NCBI GenBank assembly: GCA_012295275.1
Contig: CM022673.1
Coordinates: 23,188,001-23,252,000 of the forward strand
Length of the DNA stretch: 64,000 nt
Direction: 5' to 3'
From: Chrysomallon squamiferum
Lineage: Eukaryota; Animalia; Mollusca
In this document: one piece after another, positions 27,951-43,880 of the stretch
Numbering within the stretch: the first letter of the stretch is position 1
Layout: each line of letters opens with the position of its first letter
Position numbers and translations under genes: made by a program
Notes under the pieces: model-generated
The model's input: the letters and a program-made list of their open reading frames with translations, nothing else
The model's database searches: none
Told to the model about the DNA's origin: nothing

Positions 27951-29810
27951 TTATTATAACAATTTATACTTTAGATTATTATTATTATTAACAAATGAAA
28001 ATACTAACAACAAATAAATAAATAAATAAAACATTTTTTTGAAACAGTAAACAAAACCAAAAATAAAAATAAAAAACCCACAAAATAATCATGAAAAAAA
28101 ATAAAATAAAATAAAATAAAAAAATAATAATAACGAAATAAAATTTGATACAATTTATAAATATTTTTGTAACATTCATAGATTTCAAACAAACTTTTAT
28201 GAACATTTTTGTTCTTGTGGTACTTTTTAATTTGTTTTTATTTAAACATTTATGCATAGAGATGATATGTAGCACTAGCAGTTGATTATCCTAATTATTA
28301 ATAATATTTTCTCAGATGAAAAGAAATAATTTTATGATTTATATGTGTTCAGATTATTAGATCTCATTCTGACTTTTTCTGGGCATTTTTAATATTAAAA
28401 ATTAATCTATATAAAATTATTTTAAAGTTTTGTTGAAAAAGAAAGTTTACAAGAATTTTAAAAGTACAGTCATCTGAATTTGATTTTTAAATACCTATAT
28501 ATAAACTTAAGAATATAATTATCTTTTTAGGTTCTTTTAATTTGCAGTTATAATCAAAGTTAGATATTTAATATATATAATTCAGTCTATGATGCACCTA
28601 GCTGTCAGAGTAGCTAAATAATATTTCTAACAATTTTTTTTTTTTTAAAAGAGAAATGGTAAATGATGGTGATACAAACATTCTAGAAAAGCAATCACCT
28701 GTTTTACATACAGAAGACAAAAACAAACACAAGAATTCAGAGTTTGATTTTCAAAATTTTAATCTCAAAGCTTTTAAGTGTTTGTACACTGTGACTCAGT
28801 TTAGAATGTATTGGTATATAAACATTACAAAAAATAATAATATATATTAATAAAAAAAAGTATTCTTCCACTGTTTATTTTTTCATTCTTTTATTTCATT
28901 GTTTCTGTTAATAACTTTGGTGCTGTTACTCTCATTATTAAAGTTCATTCTGAATGTTTTGAAATTTCATACAATTATAATTATTTGTGATGAAAGTTTA
29001 GATTAAAGAAAGCAACAAACTGATATAAAGGGTTGGAGTTTGAAAAATGTTAAAGTAAAAATTATATCAATCATTAAAATTCTTTTTGTTGTTAAAATTT
29101 GAAAGAAAAATATGCTAATTATTTTATTTTTATTCATTATAAACAAATTTAACAGTAATGACAATATTAACATCAGATTAACATTTTTAAATTTATTTAT
29201 TTTATTTTTATAAATATAATGGGAAAAAATTATAATTGTTCTCATTACAAAATTAATCCCAAGTCTGTAGAAAATGTTAAATTTACATTCTTGGTTCTTT
29301 GAGATACAGCGCTGTGAATCAAAGTGGTGATCATGAGATTTTAAAACATTCCTTGGAATTATGTACAATTCTACTATTTTAAAAGAATGGGGACAGTTCA
29401 CGTGGTGCAAAATAGTAGCCATTTTGTTCCTAAATAACTATTCATGCAAGCTTAAATTTATTGACAAACTGAGGAGGCCATCAACTAGTAAAAAGTAACT
29501 GATTTTAAATTTAAGAGGAAATATAAGAAACCCAAGTTAAGTAACTTCAGACAATTTTATATGACTTTTTGCTCTTTGCAACAACTGGAGAAAAAAAAAA
29601 TAAGAACAAATTATAATAAAATATTGAGAAAAACGTCTGCAGACAAGGTTTAACAGCATGATTTTTCTACAACAAAAACAGTTTTATATATTTCGATTTG
29701 GCCCAACGGTTTAAGCCAAATTTCGCAGATTTGTGGTCTAAGGGAAATAACTCTATTTTATGTTAACGTGTTATTAGAAAGATTGATCATTTGAAACGAG
29801 TTTTGGCTGA

Positions 29811-31023
29811 TGAGCAAGCGCGGCTGTTCTAGGCTGCGCAGTAGTTTTCCAGTGACAAGATGAGTGATAGGGTGTGAAAGTGTAATAAATAGCCATATTG
29901 TGACACATATTCCTATCACTGTCACAGACACTACCATAAAACTTTAATACTTCATGGAATTTTAGCCTATTATAATTTGTTAAAAGCAAACGGTTGATAA
30001 ATGTTTTCCCACATTGCACAATGCACCCCATTAAAAATATAGCCTTTGTACAGTTTTTTGACATTTTAACAGTCCATTGCTTTGTATTTCATATTACACT
30101 ATTTTTGAAGAAATTGCCAAGACACGCCAGGCTCATACTTCTCATCAGCACAACATAGACGACGAACAAAGGTATATACTCACACAAGTACGTTAACTCT
30201 AAATATATCAGTGAATATCTCTCACACAAGGGCCGTAACTCTAAATATACCCAGTGAACATCTCTCACACAAGGGCGGTAACTCTAAATATACCAGTGAA
30301 CACTTCTCACAGAAGGGCGGTAACTCTAAATATCCAGTGACCACCTCTCACGCAAGGGCGGTAACTCTAAATATACCAGTGAACATCTCTCACACAAGGG
30401 CCGTAACTCTAAATATACCCAGTGAACATCGCTCACACAAAGGCCGTAACTCTAAATATACCCAGTGAACATCTCTCACACAAGGGCGGTAACTCTAAAT
30501 ATACCAGTGAACACTTCTCACAGAAGGGCGGTAACTCTAAATATCCAGTGACCACCTCTCACGCAAGGGCGGTAACTCTAAATATACCAGTGAATACCTC
30601 TCACACAAGGGCGGTAACTAAATATAACCAGTGAACACCTCTCACAAAAGGGCGATAACTCTAAATATACCAGTGAACACCTCTCACACAAGGGCGGTAA
30701 CTCTAAATACACCAGTGAACACATCTCACACAAGGGCGGTAACTCTAAATACACCAGTGAACTCCTCTCACACATCTCACAGAAGAAAAACGATAGATTC
30801 CAGACGAGAACCGTTAATACACGAAATGATGAAGAATCTGACACAGATGTAGACAACATCAGCAGCCTGCTCCGCAACCGATTCAGCTGCAGTATCCTTC
30901 TTTCAGTTATTTATTTTTTTTTTTTTTTTTTACATTTTGCATTATATTTCTTAGCATTTTATCTGTAGTGTGCCCGCAATTTTTTGTAAAAGTTTGAGAA
31001 CCACTGAACTATATAAACTGTTT
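29811..31023. mobile_element. Non-autonomous repeat element, copy 1, with an internal 42-bp minisatellite (~14 units at ~30180-30780)
   Basis: Homologous in reverse orientation to 41943-42789. Unit cacaagggcggtaactctaaatataccagtgaacacctctca. A hAT/Charlie-like end agtttgagaaccactg lies at 30991-31006. Confidence 0.8.
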
Positions 31024-31392
31024 TAGTTTATTATATATATATATTTTTGAGGGGTTTTTCATATTTTCTTTTTTAAGAAGAAGGAAATAAAAGAAAAAGA
31101 GAGACTGAAAACCTCAGCTTTAGTTTCCATAAATTATGTAGAAATGGTCTTCCAACGGAAACAAAAATGTTGTAACAATGTAGTAGTTGCATAGTTCACG
31201 TGTTCTTTTCCTGTATTGAAAATAAACGGCCTAGAAAAATGGAAAAATAAATATTCAATATATATATATATATATCTTCACCACATGTTAATGTGTCTGA
31301 CCATTCTAAATTTTATTATTTTAAATTTAGTAAACAAAAACAAAACAATTAAAATATTTATTATGGAAATACATTTTTTTTAGTGGAGACTC

Positions 31393-31808
31393 AGTCTTTC
31401 CATTAGTTGTGGGTGAACATAAAATGGAGTTATTTCCCTTAGACCATGAACTTGCGCTGCTGGGAGAAATGGTAGTAAACGAAAATGTTTTTATTGAATA
31501 TTTTACTGCAAATTTATTACTGTCTATGAACAGCAATATGGTGTTTTCTGACTCTCCTTTTCTTTTCCTTTTCAAAATAGTAATAATAATAATAAATACA
31601 TAACTGTCCTTCCACTGGATGCGAGTAAACATAAAATGGAGTTATTTCCCTTAGACCATGAACTTGCGCTCCTGGGCGAAATCGTAGTAAACGAAAATGT
31701 TTTTATTGAGTATTTTACTGGTAATTTATTATTGTCTATGTACAGCAATGTGGTGTTTTCTGACTCTCTTTTTCTTTTCCTTTTTGAAAATAATAATAAT
31801 AAATACAG
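31393..31808. repeat. Tandem duplication of a ~212-bp unit (2 copies)
   Basis: aacataaaatggagttatttcccttagaccatgaacttgcgct occurs at 31416 and 31628, with homology across the unit. The short ORFs here are repeat-derived. Confidence 0.92.
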
Positions 31809-32596
31809 AAAGGAAAAGAAGAGGCAGAAAACATTACTGTAAAAATTAATGTACACAGGTATAATAAAAATGTTCTTTGTACATTTGCTAAATTTAAAGT
31901 AACATTTTAGAATGATCAGATACATGGCTTGAACACCAATTAAGAAATTGTTTCACACATTTGTTTATCTACTGTTATAAAGAATGAATGAATGATTGCT
32001 AACCGACTGGGTGTCAAATCATTATGATGATTTATATGAGGCATTATATGCATTTTAAAACGGATTTTTGCTTCTGGAATTTGTCAACTGTGGATCTAAG
32101 CAAGTTTGGTTTTGATTGCCACTTTGTTAAGAAATTTAATATATTTATTTCCTATTTTCTAACATATTCTTATTATCAGTTACACAAAGCATCTTGGTTA
32201 GTTTTTTTGGTTTCAAAATTAATTAAATTTCCATTTTTAATATTAGGCTTTTTGTGTTTTATTCTATGCTGCAGAGATTCTATACCTTTCATGAAACATA
32301 ATAAACAGACCTGAACTACATAGAAGGGTATCTGATGCTTATGTAAACCTAATTATTATGATAAAAAAAAAAAACCATGTACAGAAGATACTGACTTGTT
32401 CTGAACTTGCACTATGAACCCAGTAACTGTAGATGAATTAAACCCAATAGACATTTAACGTTTAACACAACAGAATTTTAAACTGCAAGATAATATTTCT
32501 GAATTCTATTTGATTAGTCTTTTGAAGGGACTGTTAATTGTAATCGATCGTATGCCTTTTCTAACAAAAAATAAAAAAGGAATCACAATGAAAAGT

Positions 32597-32602
32597 TTAT
32601 TT
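32597..32602 (-). terminator. Polyadenylation signal of RPL37A
   Basis: AATAAA on the minus strand ~10 nt after the stop codon, followed by a U/GU-rich stretch. A short 3' UTR is typical of ribosomal protein genes. Confidence 0.7.
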
Positions 32603-32612
32603 AACACATAAT

Positions 32613-36151
<3,539 letters not shown>

Positions 36152-36181
36152 CTTAGTTTATGCGGAAACCGGAAAAGGAAG
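36152..36181 (-). promoter_or_regulatory. 5' TOP / TCT initiator of RPL37A
   Basis: The minus strand reads CTTCCTTTTCCGGTTTCCGCATAAACTAAG-ATG-GT: an oligopyrimidine start typical of metazoan ribosomal protein mRNAs. Confidence 0.85.
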
Positions 36182-36814
36182 TTGATGATGAATTATATTG
36201 ACTGGTTATATCCATGTTTCGCAATATTTTGTTGGGATTCATCTACTACAACAACATGTTACTTTTGTTGTGCAACAATTATTAAGTATAAGAGTCTGTA
36301 CAATATTGAAATAATAGGTTAATTTCATTTTTATAAATCACAAAAATAAATTTGTTGTTTCACTGACAAGAGTAAGTTATAATTTCTATGAATTAATAAA
36401 TGTGATTATCAGTAAGTTGAGTAACATGAGTGAACTGAGTAACTAACAAGTATGAAGTAACATCAGTCAATCATTGTTGAAATTGTTGAAATTGAAATTG
36501 TCATTTGTTGCCTTCTCGGAACCTTTACAGTCTCGAAATCCAAGACCAGTTTCCCAGTGCTTATGCAAAGTTATAGTTATACTAATGAATTAAATCTTAT
36601 TATTGAGCAATTTCTGGGGGGAAAAAAAAGAAAAAAAAGAGAGTACTTTCATATAGATGATATACTCATAATTATGATAATACTGTATTAATTTAAAAAA
36701 ATAATAATATGTAAACGTTGCATAAATTATAGTTTATTAACTAGATAGATTATTAGATAAGTATATAATATAACATACAAATGACATAGACCGTTTTTCC
36801 ATGTTTCAGCAACC

Positions 36815-39800
36815 ATGTCTGTCTATACATGTATAACATGTCGTGTAGCATTTGCCAATGCTGAACTTCAGAGATCGCATTATAAAACTGAATGGCATAG
36901 GTATAACCTCAAGAGAAAGGTTGCAGAGATGCCTCCAGTGACAGCAGATAATTTTCTACAACGTGTTTTAGCACAGAAGGCTCAGGTATATTTATAAAAA
37001 CTTGTTTATTGTTATTATTACTGTTCTTATTAGTTTAATTATTTTATTTTATTTATTATTTTTTTATAAAATTATTATTCTTATTTATTCTTCTATTTTT
37101 CCTCCCCCCACTGAAAATAATCTCTTACTTTTAAATGTGAAGTAAAATCCAAGATATTTTAGAATTTAATAACAGTAGTTGATAAAAAAAATTAAAATCA
37201 CTATTTGATGAAGAGTGAATATCAAATTATTCTTCAGACCTGTAATATTTTGATTTTAATATAAGAAAGGAACTAATTTTATTTGAAAATGTATTAAACA
37301 TTATGAAAATTTCTTGTTTGCTGTTAAACAGATGGCTGAGGAGGAGAAAGACACATCGTCTGCCTGTGTGATCTGTGGAAAACACTTCAGCACAATGAGT
37401 CAGTATGAAAACCATGTACAGTCCAGAAAACACAAAGAGGCAGAAGCAAAACATCAGGCAAAGGTTAAGAGAGAAACTGAGAAAGAAAATGAGAAAAATA
37501 AAAAAAAGGGACTTGATGGATCAGGTGATGTGCTACAAGAAGATAAAAAAGAGGTGAACAAACAGTTGGAGTCCAAAATGGCTGCAGTGAGGTTGACAAA
37601 GAAAGCTGTTGAGAAAACAGAAACTGAAGAAGATTGTAAGAACCAAAGTAACCAATTAGGTGTTTTATCAGTTTGAAATGTTAACTTCAATGAGACTGTT
37701 TTAAAAATATACAAGGTAGTAAGAATCTAAGAACCAAAATATCCAATTAGGTGTTTTTTATCAGTTTCGAATGTTAACTTTAACAAGATTTATTTAAAAA
37801 TATACAAGATTACTAAATAAGATCTTATGAACTAAAGTAAGCAATTAGATATTTTTATTGTTTGAAATATTAGCTTTAACAAGTCTTATTTAAAATGATA
37901 TGAGACAGTAAGAACCAAAGTAACCATTTAGGTGTTTTGATAGTTTAAAATGTTAATTTAAACAAGTCTTATTTTAAAATATATAAATTAGTATGAACAA
38001 CCAAATTATACTTATTATGTTTCCAGTGGATTATTTTAATAATACCTTACAATTTGTTGAAGTTGGTAATAATGAACTAAAATATTAATACTAATACATG
38101 TATGTTAACAATTGCAGAGATGCCAGTTTTCCTTTATTTTAAGACATTACTTCTACATAAAGATGTAAGAACAAATAAATAAAGAAAACCCACAAAACAG
38201 AGCTAAAATAAAATATTTATTGTACATATCTTAAACTCTTAAAATTAATTTTCTAGCATATTCATATAATTGTTAAAAGAAATGTATGGCCATTAGAAAG
38301 TGACAAAAGATTTTTAAATTAAATCCGGTGTTCTGTTAATCTTTCTATTTGTTATCAACTTCCAGTAAGAATCGTTTTATAGTTGTTTTCATTCACTGAC
38401 ATTAATTCCGTTTTTTGAATTTTTTATTTCATTTTGTTTATTTAGATGATTCAGATGAAGACTCATGGGATGAAGATGTTTTGGGAATAGAAGAATGTTT
38501 ATTCTGCTCATTTATTAGTTCAAGTATGGAAGACAACCTAAAACACATGACAGTCAGCCACAGTTTTTTCATTCCTGATGCTGAGTTTGTCAGTGACCTT
38601 GAAGGGCTTATTACATATCTAGGTTGCCTACATTTTTTTGTTTTGTAATTTTTTAGTGCATTTTTCAATCATAATAATAAAAATTATTTTTATTAAAAAT
38701 GTTTTTAAATTTTACCTCTTTTTTGATTGTTTATTTGACATACCTGATTTTCTACCTGTGGGTAAATTTTTTCATTTATTAAAATTTAATGTTTTTAATT
38801 TGTTCTAAAATTGTGTGTGTACAGACATTTTTATTTCATAATAGATAAAGTATACAATAATAATAAAGTATATAAATAACTAACATTTCAAAATTATTAA
38901 CTTTCAAACAACTAAAATGTAAATTTATGTATGTGATTCTAAATGTATTTATCTCTTTGTATAGGTGAGAAAGTTGGAGTTGGCCACGTTTGCTTATGGT
39001 GCAATGACAAGGGCAAATCTTTTCATTCTACCAAGTCTGTCCAGCAACACATGCTTGACAAAGGTCACTGTAAGATGTTACATGAAGGAGATGTTGTTTT
39101 CGAATATGCTGATTACTATGATTACAGGTAAGCCATTTAAAATTGTTATTAAAATAACTCCATGATAATAAAGTGATGTCCAAAGAAAGGGAAACAGACA
39201 AAAAATAGGATAATCAAAATTAATTTAACATACAAATGGTATTCTGTTGTAATTGCAGAAGCAGTTATCCTGACACTACTGAAGCAGACAAGGTTGAAGC
39301 AGATAGACTGAAAGGAGATGAAGAAGTAGAAACTGAAGAAATTCTGTCTGAGGGTTATGAATTAGTCCTGCCTTCAGGTACAGTCATTAATCAAGTTTAT
39401 TTGTCTTGACAGAGGTTTTTTTTAACATTTTGTTTTTGTACCTTACAAAAGGTTCTTGGAATAAGTTTATAAAATTATAAATAAAAAAATTAATGTGCAA
39501 AATTTTATGGCATATCCATTCTGAGAAAAATTCAAGATTTAGTCAGTGGTGGAAGATGAAAATTTCTGAAGGAACACCTCTCAATCTTATTGTTGAAATA
39601 TTTATTATATCTAATTGTGCATATTTTTATTTTCAAATTATTAGTAACAGATTATTTATTGCAAACTATTAATCATTTATTGAAGGGACATGCAAGGAGA
39701 AAAATGAAATTATTTGGATAAACATAATTAATTTTGAGGTTTTGACATGACCGTTTAGAAAATGTACATACAAAATTTACTTTTTCAGATAAATGTTTCA

Positions 39801-41098
39801 GGTTTTTAGCAAAAGGAAATGCATATACAGAGATCACATAATAATGATACATAACATCACAGCTATAGCCATCATAATTGGAAATATGATTTATAAAACT
39901 TCATTCTTTTTTTTTTTTAATCACCTTTCTTTTTTTTCTATTATACTAACATTTTTGTAAAGATGATGTATGAAAACTGTTTGTGCTAGAGTCTCCATTT
40001 GGTATATAATATACATATGTGTGTATTTAAAAACAAACACAAAAGAAAATCTTGGAAAAATTAACTAATCTTTTCATATAACCTTTATACAGTTTTCTGT
40101 TGTTTCAAAATATGAATGAAAAAAAAATTATTAAAAAAAATTATGTATTTCTTTTGAAATATATAAGCAAAGATTTTTCTGTTATTTTGGTAAAAATATA
40201 TGTCTATGATGAACTTCAGAAGTTTGAATGATATATATGTATTGGTTTGGGTTGGAGAGGTTCGTGAAATGGGGTACTATTGCATTAAAAAATAGAAGTA
40301 ACTATTTGTTATAAAAAAATGAACTAGTTTTTTTATCATAACAAAAAGGGATTATTTCCATTAAGTTTCAATTCTGTAATACAAAAAATAATGTTTATTA
40401 TTTATTTTCACCAAATGTGTTCCCTTAAAGTAGATCAAATATCATAACTGTGTGTTTCAGTTTTATCCATCTGTTTTTCAGGAGCAACCATTGGGCACAG
40501 ATCATTGTTAAAATATTACAGACAGAATATTCCACCCACTAGGCCAGAGAGAAGATCAGTTTTACCACGATTGTTGGCACAATACAAAGCTCTGGGATGG
40601 ACTGGGGCCACAGGTAATATTTTCTCTTCTTTATTCTATTCCATTGTGCTTTGCTCTTCTGGTTTCTATCAGTTCTGTTGAATGTCTGAAAAAGAAAATA
40701 TGTGGTAACATAAATGATTTTGGATTTTCTTTAATATATTTTGTTGTTGTTGTTGTTTTTTCTTGATAAGGGCAGGACTTTTTTTGGATTGACATTATTA
40801 ACAATGTTTGTCAGGATTTTATTATTATTATTGTCATTGTCATTGTCATTGTCACTATTATTGTTATTGTTATTTGTACAAAAATGTATTACACTTTTCT
40901 TGTCTCTCAGCACTGTCCTTTCATTTCATTCTGTTAAAGAGTTGATGCTATAATGATGTTTCTGTTTTAGGTGAAGTTGTTCAGAAGCGTGTGAAGGATT
41001 TGGGCTACATGCAGAGACTTAAACATAAACACTTCATGAAACTTGGAGTAAAAGCAAACAACTTACAGCATCACTTCCGATTACAGAATCCTGTGTAG
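36815..41098 (+). CDS. ZNF622: Zinc finger protein 622 (Rei1/Reh1-family 60S maturation factor, ~397 aa, 7 coding exons)
   Basis: Exons 36815-36985, 37332-37635 (alt end 37659), 38446-38622, 38965-39127, 39259-39377, 40482-40613 and 40971-41098 are in phase. Motifs: YTCITCRVAF, HYKTEWHRYNLKRKVA, CLFC, HSFFIPD, CLWCN, HMLDKGHC, LVLPSGATIGHRSLLKYYRQ, and C-terminal HHFRLQNPV. An acceptor at 36807-36809 implies a non-coding first exon. Confidence 0.96.
37636..37995 (+). repeat. Diverged ~80-100-bp tandem repeat (4 copies) starting at the donor of ZNF622 coding exon 2
   Basis: Variants of (g)taagaaccaaagtaaccaattaggtgttttatcagtttgaaatgttaactt occur at ~37636, ~37728, ~37826 and ~37907. Confidence 0.85.
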
Positions 41099-41501
41099 TT
41101 TGATTATTTGCATATGGAGAGTTGATACACCTAACATGTCTACTCCACCCTTTTTTTTTTTTTTTTTTTGACCCTTGTTTCACTTTTTCTTTTTAATAGT
41201 GAAACTCATTTAATAATGAATATTACGTCAACCACGAAAATGGTGTATTCCATTTTCAGAAATGATGAAAATACCCTGACTGATAAACAGCCTTTTATTA
41301 AATAATAAGTTTTATTCAGGAAAATTATTGTTAGAAAAAAATGGTATTTCTATACTTTGAATTACATTTGATGGTCATGTTCCAATTTTGCTGTTTTCAG
41401 TTTGCAAATTAATATTAGATCAAAATTAAAGTGACTTAGTTCTCAGCCATATCATAATTTTATAGTGAATAAAAATCAGATTTATTTCAAAAATACATTT
41501 T

Positions 41502-41929
41502 TTCTAATGCCACTTCACATAGAATTGTTTTCCTAATTCTGATGACATTTAATTTTTTCAAAATAAAAATGTTATATATTTATGAGACCCAAATTATTAT
41601 AATCTGTTTGGAAATAAATAGATATACACAATAATATGAGTTTGTTCTTTTTATTTATTTATTTATTTTATTTTATTTTATTTGTTTTTTTTTGTATCTG
41701 TTTTGGGACATGTTATGAAAGTGGAAATATTCATTTTGATTTATGAATGTTATTTTGTTTATTATTATAAAGTATTATCAAACTGGTTTTGGGGTTACAA
41801 ATAGTAATAGTATGATAGCTATAGAATTCTGTATGTTATTATTTTTGTTAATTCAAAAATGCAGAATGGACAGGAATTTACACAAAAATTTAAAAATTGG
41901 CTGGCTGATATTTACAAGTCTTATTCATC
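41502..41929 (+). repeat. Direct repeat copy 1 (ZNF622 3' end region), duplicated at 42819-43521
   Basis: The sequence from ttctaatgccac..cacatag to gctgatatttacaagtctt.ttcatc is present twice. Confidence 0.9.
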
Positions 41930-41942
41930 ATAAAATAAACTG

Positions 41943-42789
41943 AAACAGTTTATATAGTTCAGTGGTTCTCAAACTTTATGAAGTCGGGGCACACGAAGCC
42001 GTACAAAAAATTGCTGGCACACTACACACAAAATGCTGAGAAATATAATGCAAAATGTAAAAAAAAAATACAGAAATAACTGAAAGGATATTGCGGCTGA
42101 ATCAGTTGCCGAGCAGGCTGCTGAGGTTGTCTATCTTCATCATAAACGGTTCTGGTCTGGAATCTGTATCGTTTGTTTTTCTTCTGTGAGATGTTCAGAT
42201 ATATTTAGAGTTACCGCCCTTGTGTGAGATGTGTTCACTGGTATATTTAGAGTTACTGCCCTTGTGTGAGAGGTGTTCACTGGTATATTTAGAGTTACCG
42301 CCCTTGTGTGAGAGGTGTTCACTGGTATATTTAGAGTTACAGCCCTTGAGTGAGAGGTGTTCACTGATATATTTAGAGTTACAGCCATTGTGTGAGAGAT
42401 GTTTACTTTTATATTTAGAGTTACCGTACTTGTGTGAGTGTTCATCATCTATTTTGTGCTGATGAGAAGTATGAGCCTGACGTGTCTAGGCAATTTCTTC
42501 AAAATTTGTACGAAATACAAAGCAATGGACTGTTAAAATGTAAAAAAAAAACTGTAAAAAGGCTATATTTTTAATGGTGTGCATTGTGCAGTGAGGGAAA
42601 GCTTTTATCAACCGTTTGCTTTTAACAAATGTAATTCCATAAAGTATTAAAGTTTTAGATGGATGTCTGTGACACTGATAGGAGTATGTGTCACAAGAAA
42701 ACTTTGGCTATTTATCACTCCTTCACACCTTATCACTCATACTGTCACTGGCAAACTACTGCGCAGCCTTGAACAGCCGTGCTTGCTCA
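41943..42789. mobile_element. Non-autonomous repeat element, copy 2 (inverted relative to 29811-31023), with 6 units of the 42-bp repeat
   Basis: Reverse-complement homology to copy 1. CAGTGGTTCTCAAACT lies at 41960-41975, agagttac cores recur every 42 bp from 42207 to 42417, and an A-rich tract follows at 42790-42818. Confidence 0.8.
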
Positions 42790-42818
42790 ACAAAAAAAAT
42801 AAAAAAAATAAAATAAAA

Positions 42819-43521
42819 TTCTAATGCCACCTCACATAGGATGTTTTCCTAATTCTGATGACATTTAACCTTTTAAAAATAAAAATGTTATATATTTATG
42901 AGACCAAAATTATTATAATCTGTTTGGAAATAAATAGATTTGCACAGTAATATGAGTTTGTTGTTTTTATTTATTTGTTTATTTATTATTTTTGTATCTG
43001 GTTTGGAATAAATGTTATGAAAGTGGAACTATTCATTTTGATTTATGAACGTTATTTTATTTATTATTATAAATTATTATCAAACTGATTTTGGGGTTTA
43101 TAAATAGTAATAGTATGATAACTACAGAATTCTGTATAATCAGTATTTAAAATTTTATATTTAAAAATAGTAATAATTAATCATTACTAATCAGCAAAAT
43201 AATAAAAACATAAAAGAAAAAATAAGTTTCCATGTCTTCATCATAAGCTAATTATTTTATTGTCTTTCCTTATTTTTTTTTTTTTTTATATCTCAAATCT
43301 TATTAGTTTTTAGACAAAGTTTTTCTAAAAATAAATACATTATAATAAATTTTTTAATTGAAAAGTATTATCATATTTGCCATATATTCTTGTAAGAACA
43401 TGAGAAAATATGTAGGCACATAAACATCAGAATTGTTAATTTAAAAATGCAGAATGGACAGGAATTTACACAAAAAATTAAAAATAGTTTGTTTAGCTGA
43501 TATTTACAAGTCTTGTTCATC
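42819..43521 (+). repeat. Direct repeat copy 2, with a ~295-bp extra segment (43138-43432)
   Basis: Colinear with 41502-41929 except for the AT-rich insert. Confidence 0.88.
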
Positions 43522-43880
43522 GTGAAGGAATCAAGAATAGAAACTGAGGGTATCAGTACCAAAACGCTGCATTTACATGATTTGAATTGCATAGCAAAAG
43601 AATTAGTTTTGGGTCATAATTACTATATAAATGTTGAGACCTATCGGGACCCATGCCAGTCACATTTAACTGTACTCAAGAACAATTATGTGAGGATTAC
43701 TGTTATTGTTTATGTATAAATTTAATTACGTCAACATCAGTTCTTTCAAAAACCGAAGTTTGAAATAAAAATTACTCTGACTACGATCGTGAGTCATTCG
43801 AATGCATCCGTCGATGCAATAGTTTAAAAATAGATTGGGATAGCCCTTTAGGACGGTATTCACGTCGATAGGAGAATGCT

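Noticed and set aside
29003-29422. Longest unexplained ORF (139 aa, minus)
   Set aside because: It has AT-driven I/N/K/F composition, and the 5' part overlaps repeat-like sequence. No domain was recognised.
30180-30780. CRISPR-like appearance of the 42-bp array (also 42200-42440 and 9221-9366)
   Set aside because: Units are contiguous with no unique spacers, there are no cas genes, and the context is eukaryotic.
30211-30877. ORFs with HTRAVTLNIPVNTS / LELPPLCERCSLVY repeats (also 42140-42462)
   Set aside because: These are translations of the 42-bp unit, broken by 41/43-bp units, with no splice support.
31409-31842. Paralogous 64-68 aa ORFs MELFPLDHELALLGE
   Set aside because: They derive from the 212-bp duplication built on a repeat motif, with low-complexity tails and no recognisable domain.
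40207-40300. Box C motif ATGATGA in a ZNF622 intron as a C/D snoRNA
   Set aside because: No box D (CTGA) or terminal stem at a suitable distance.
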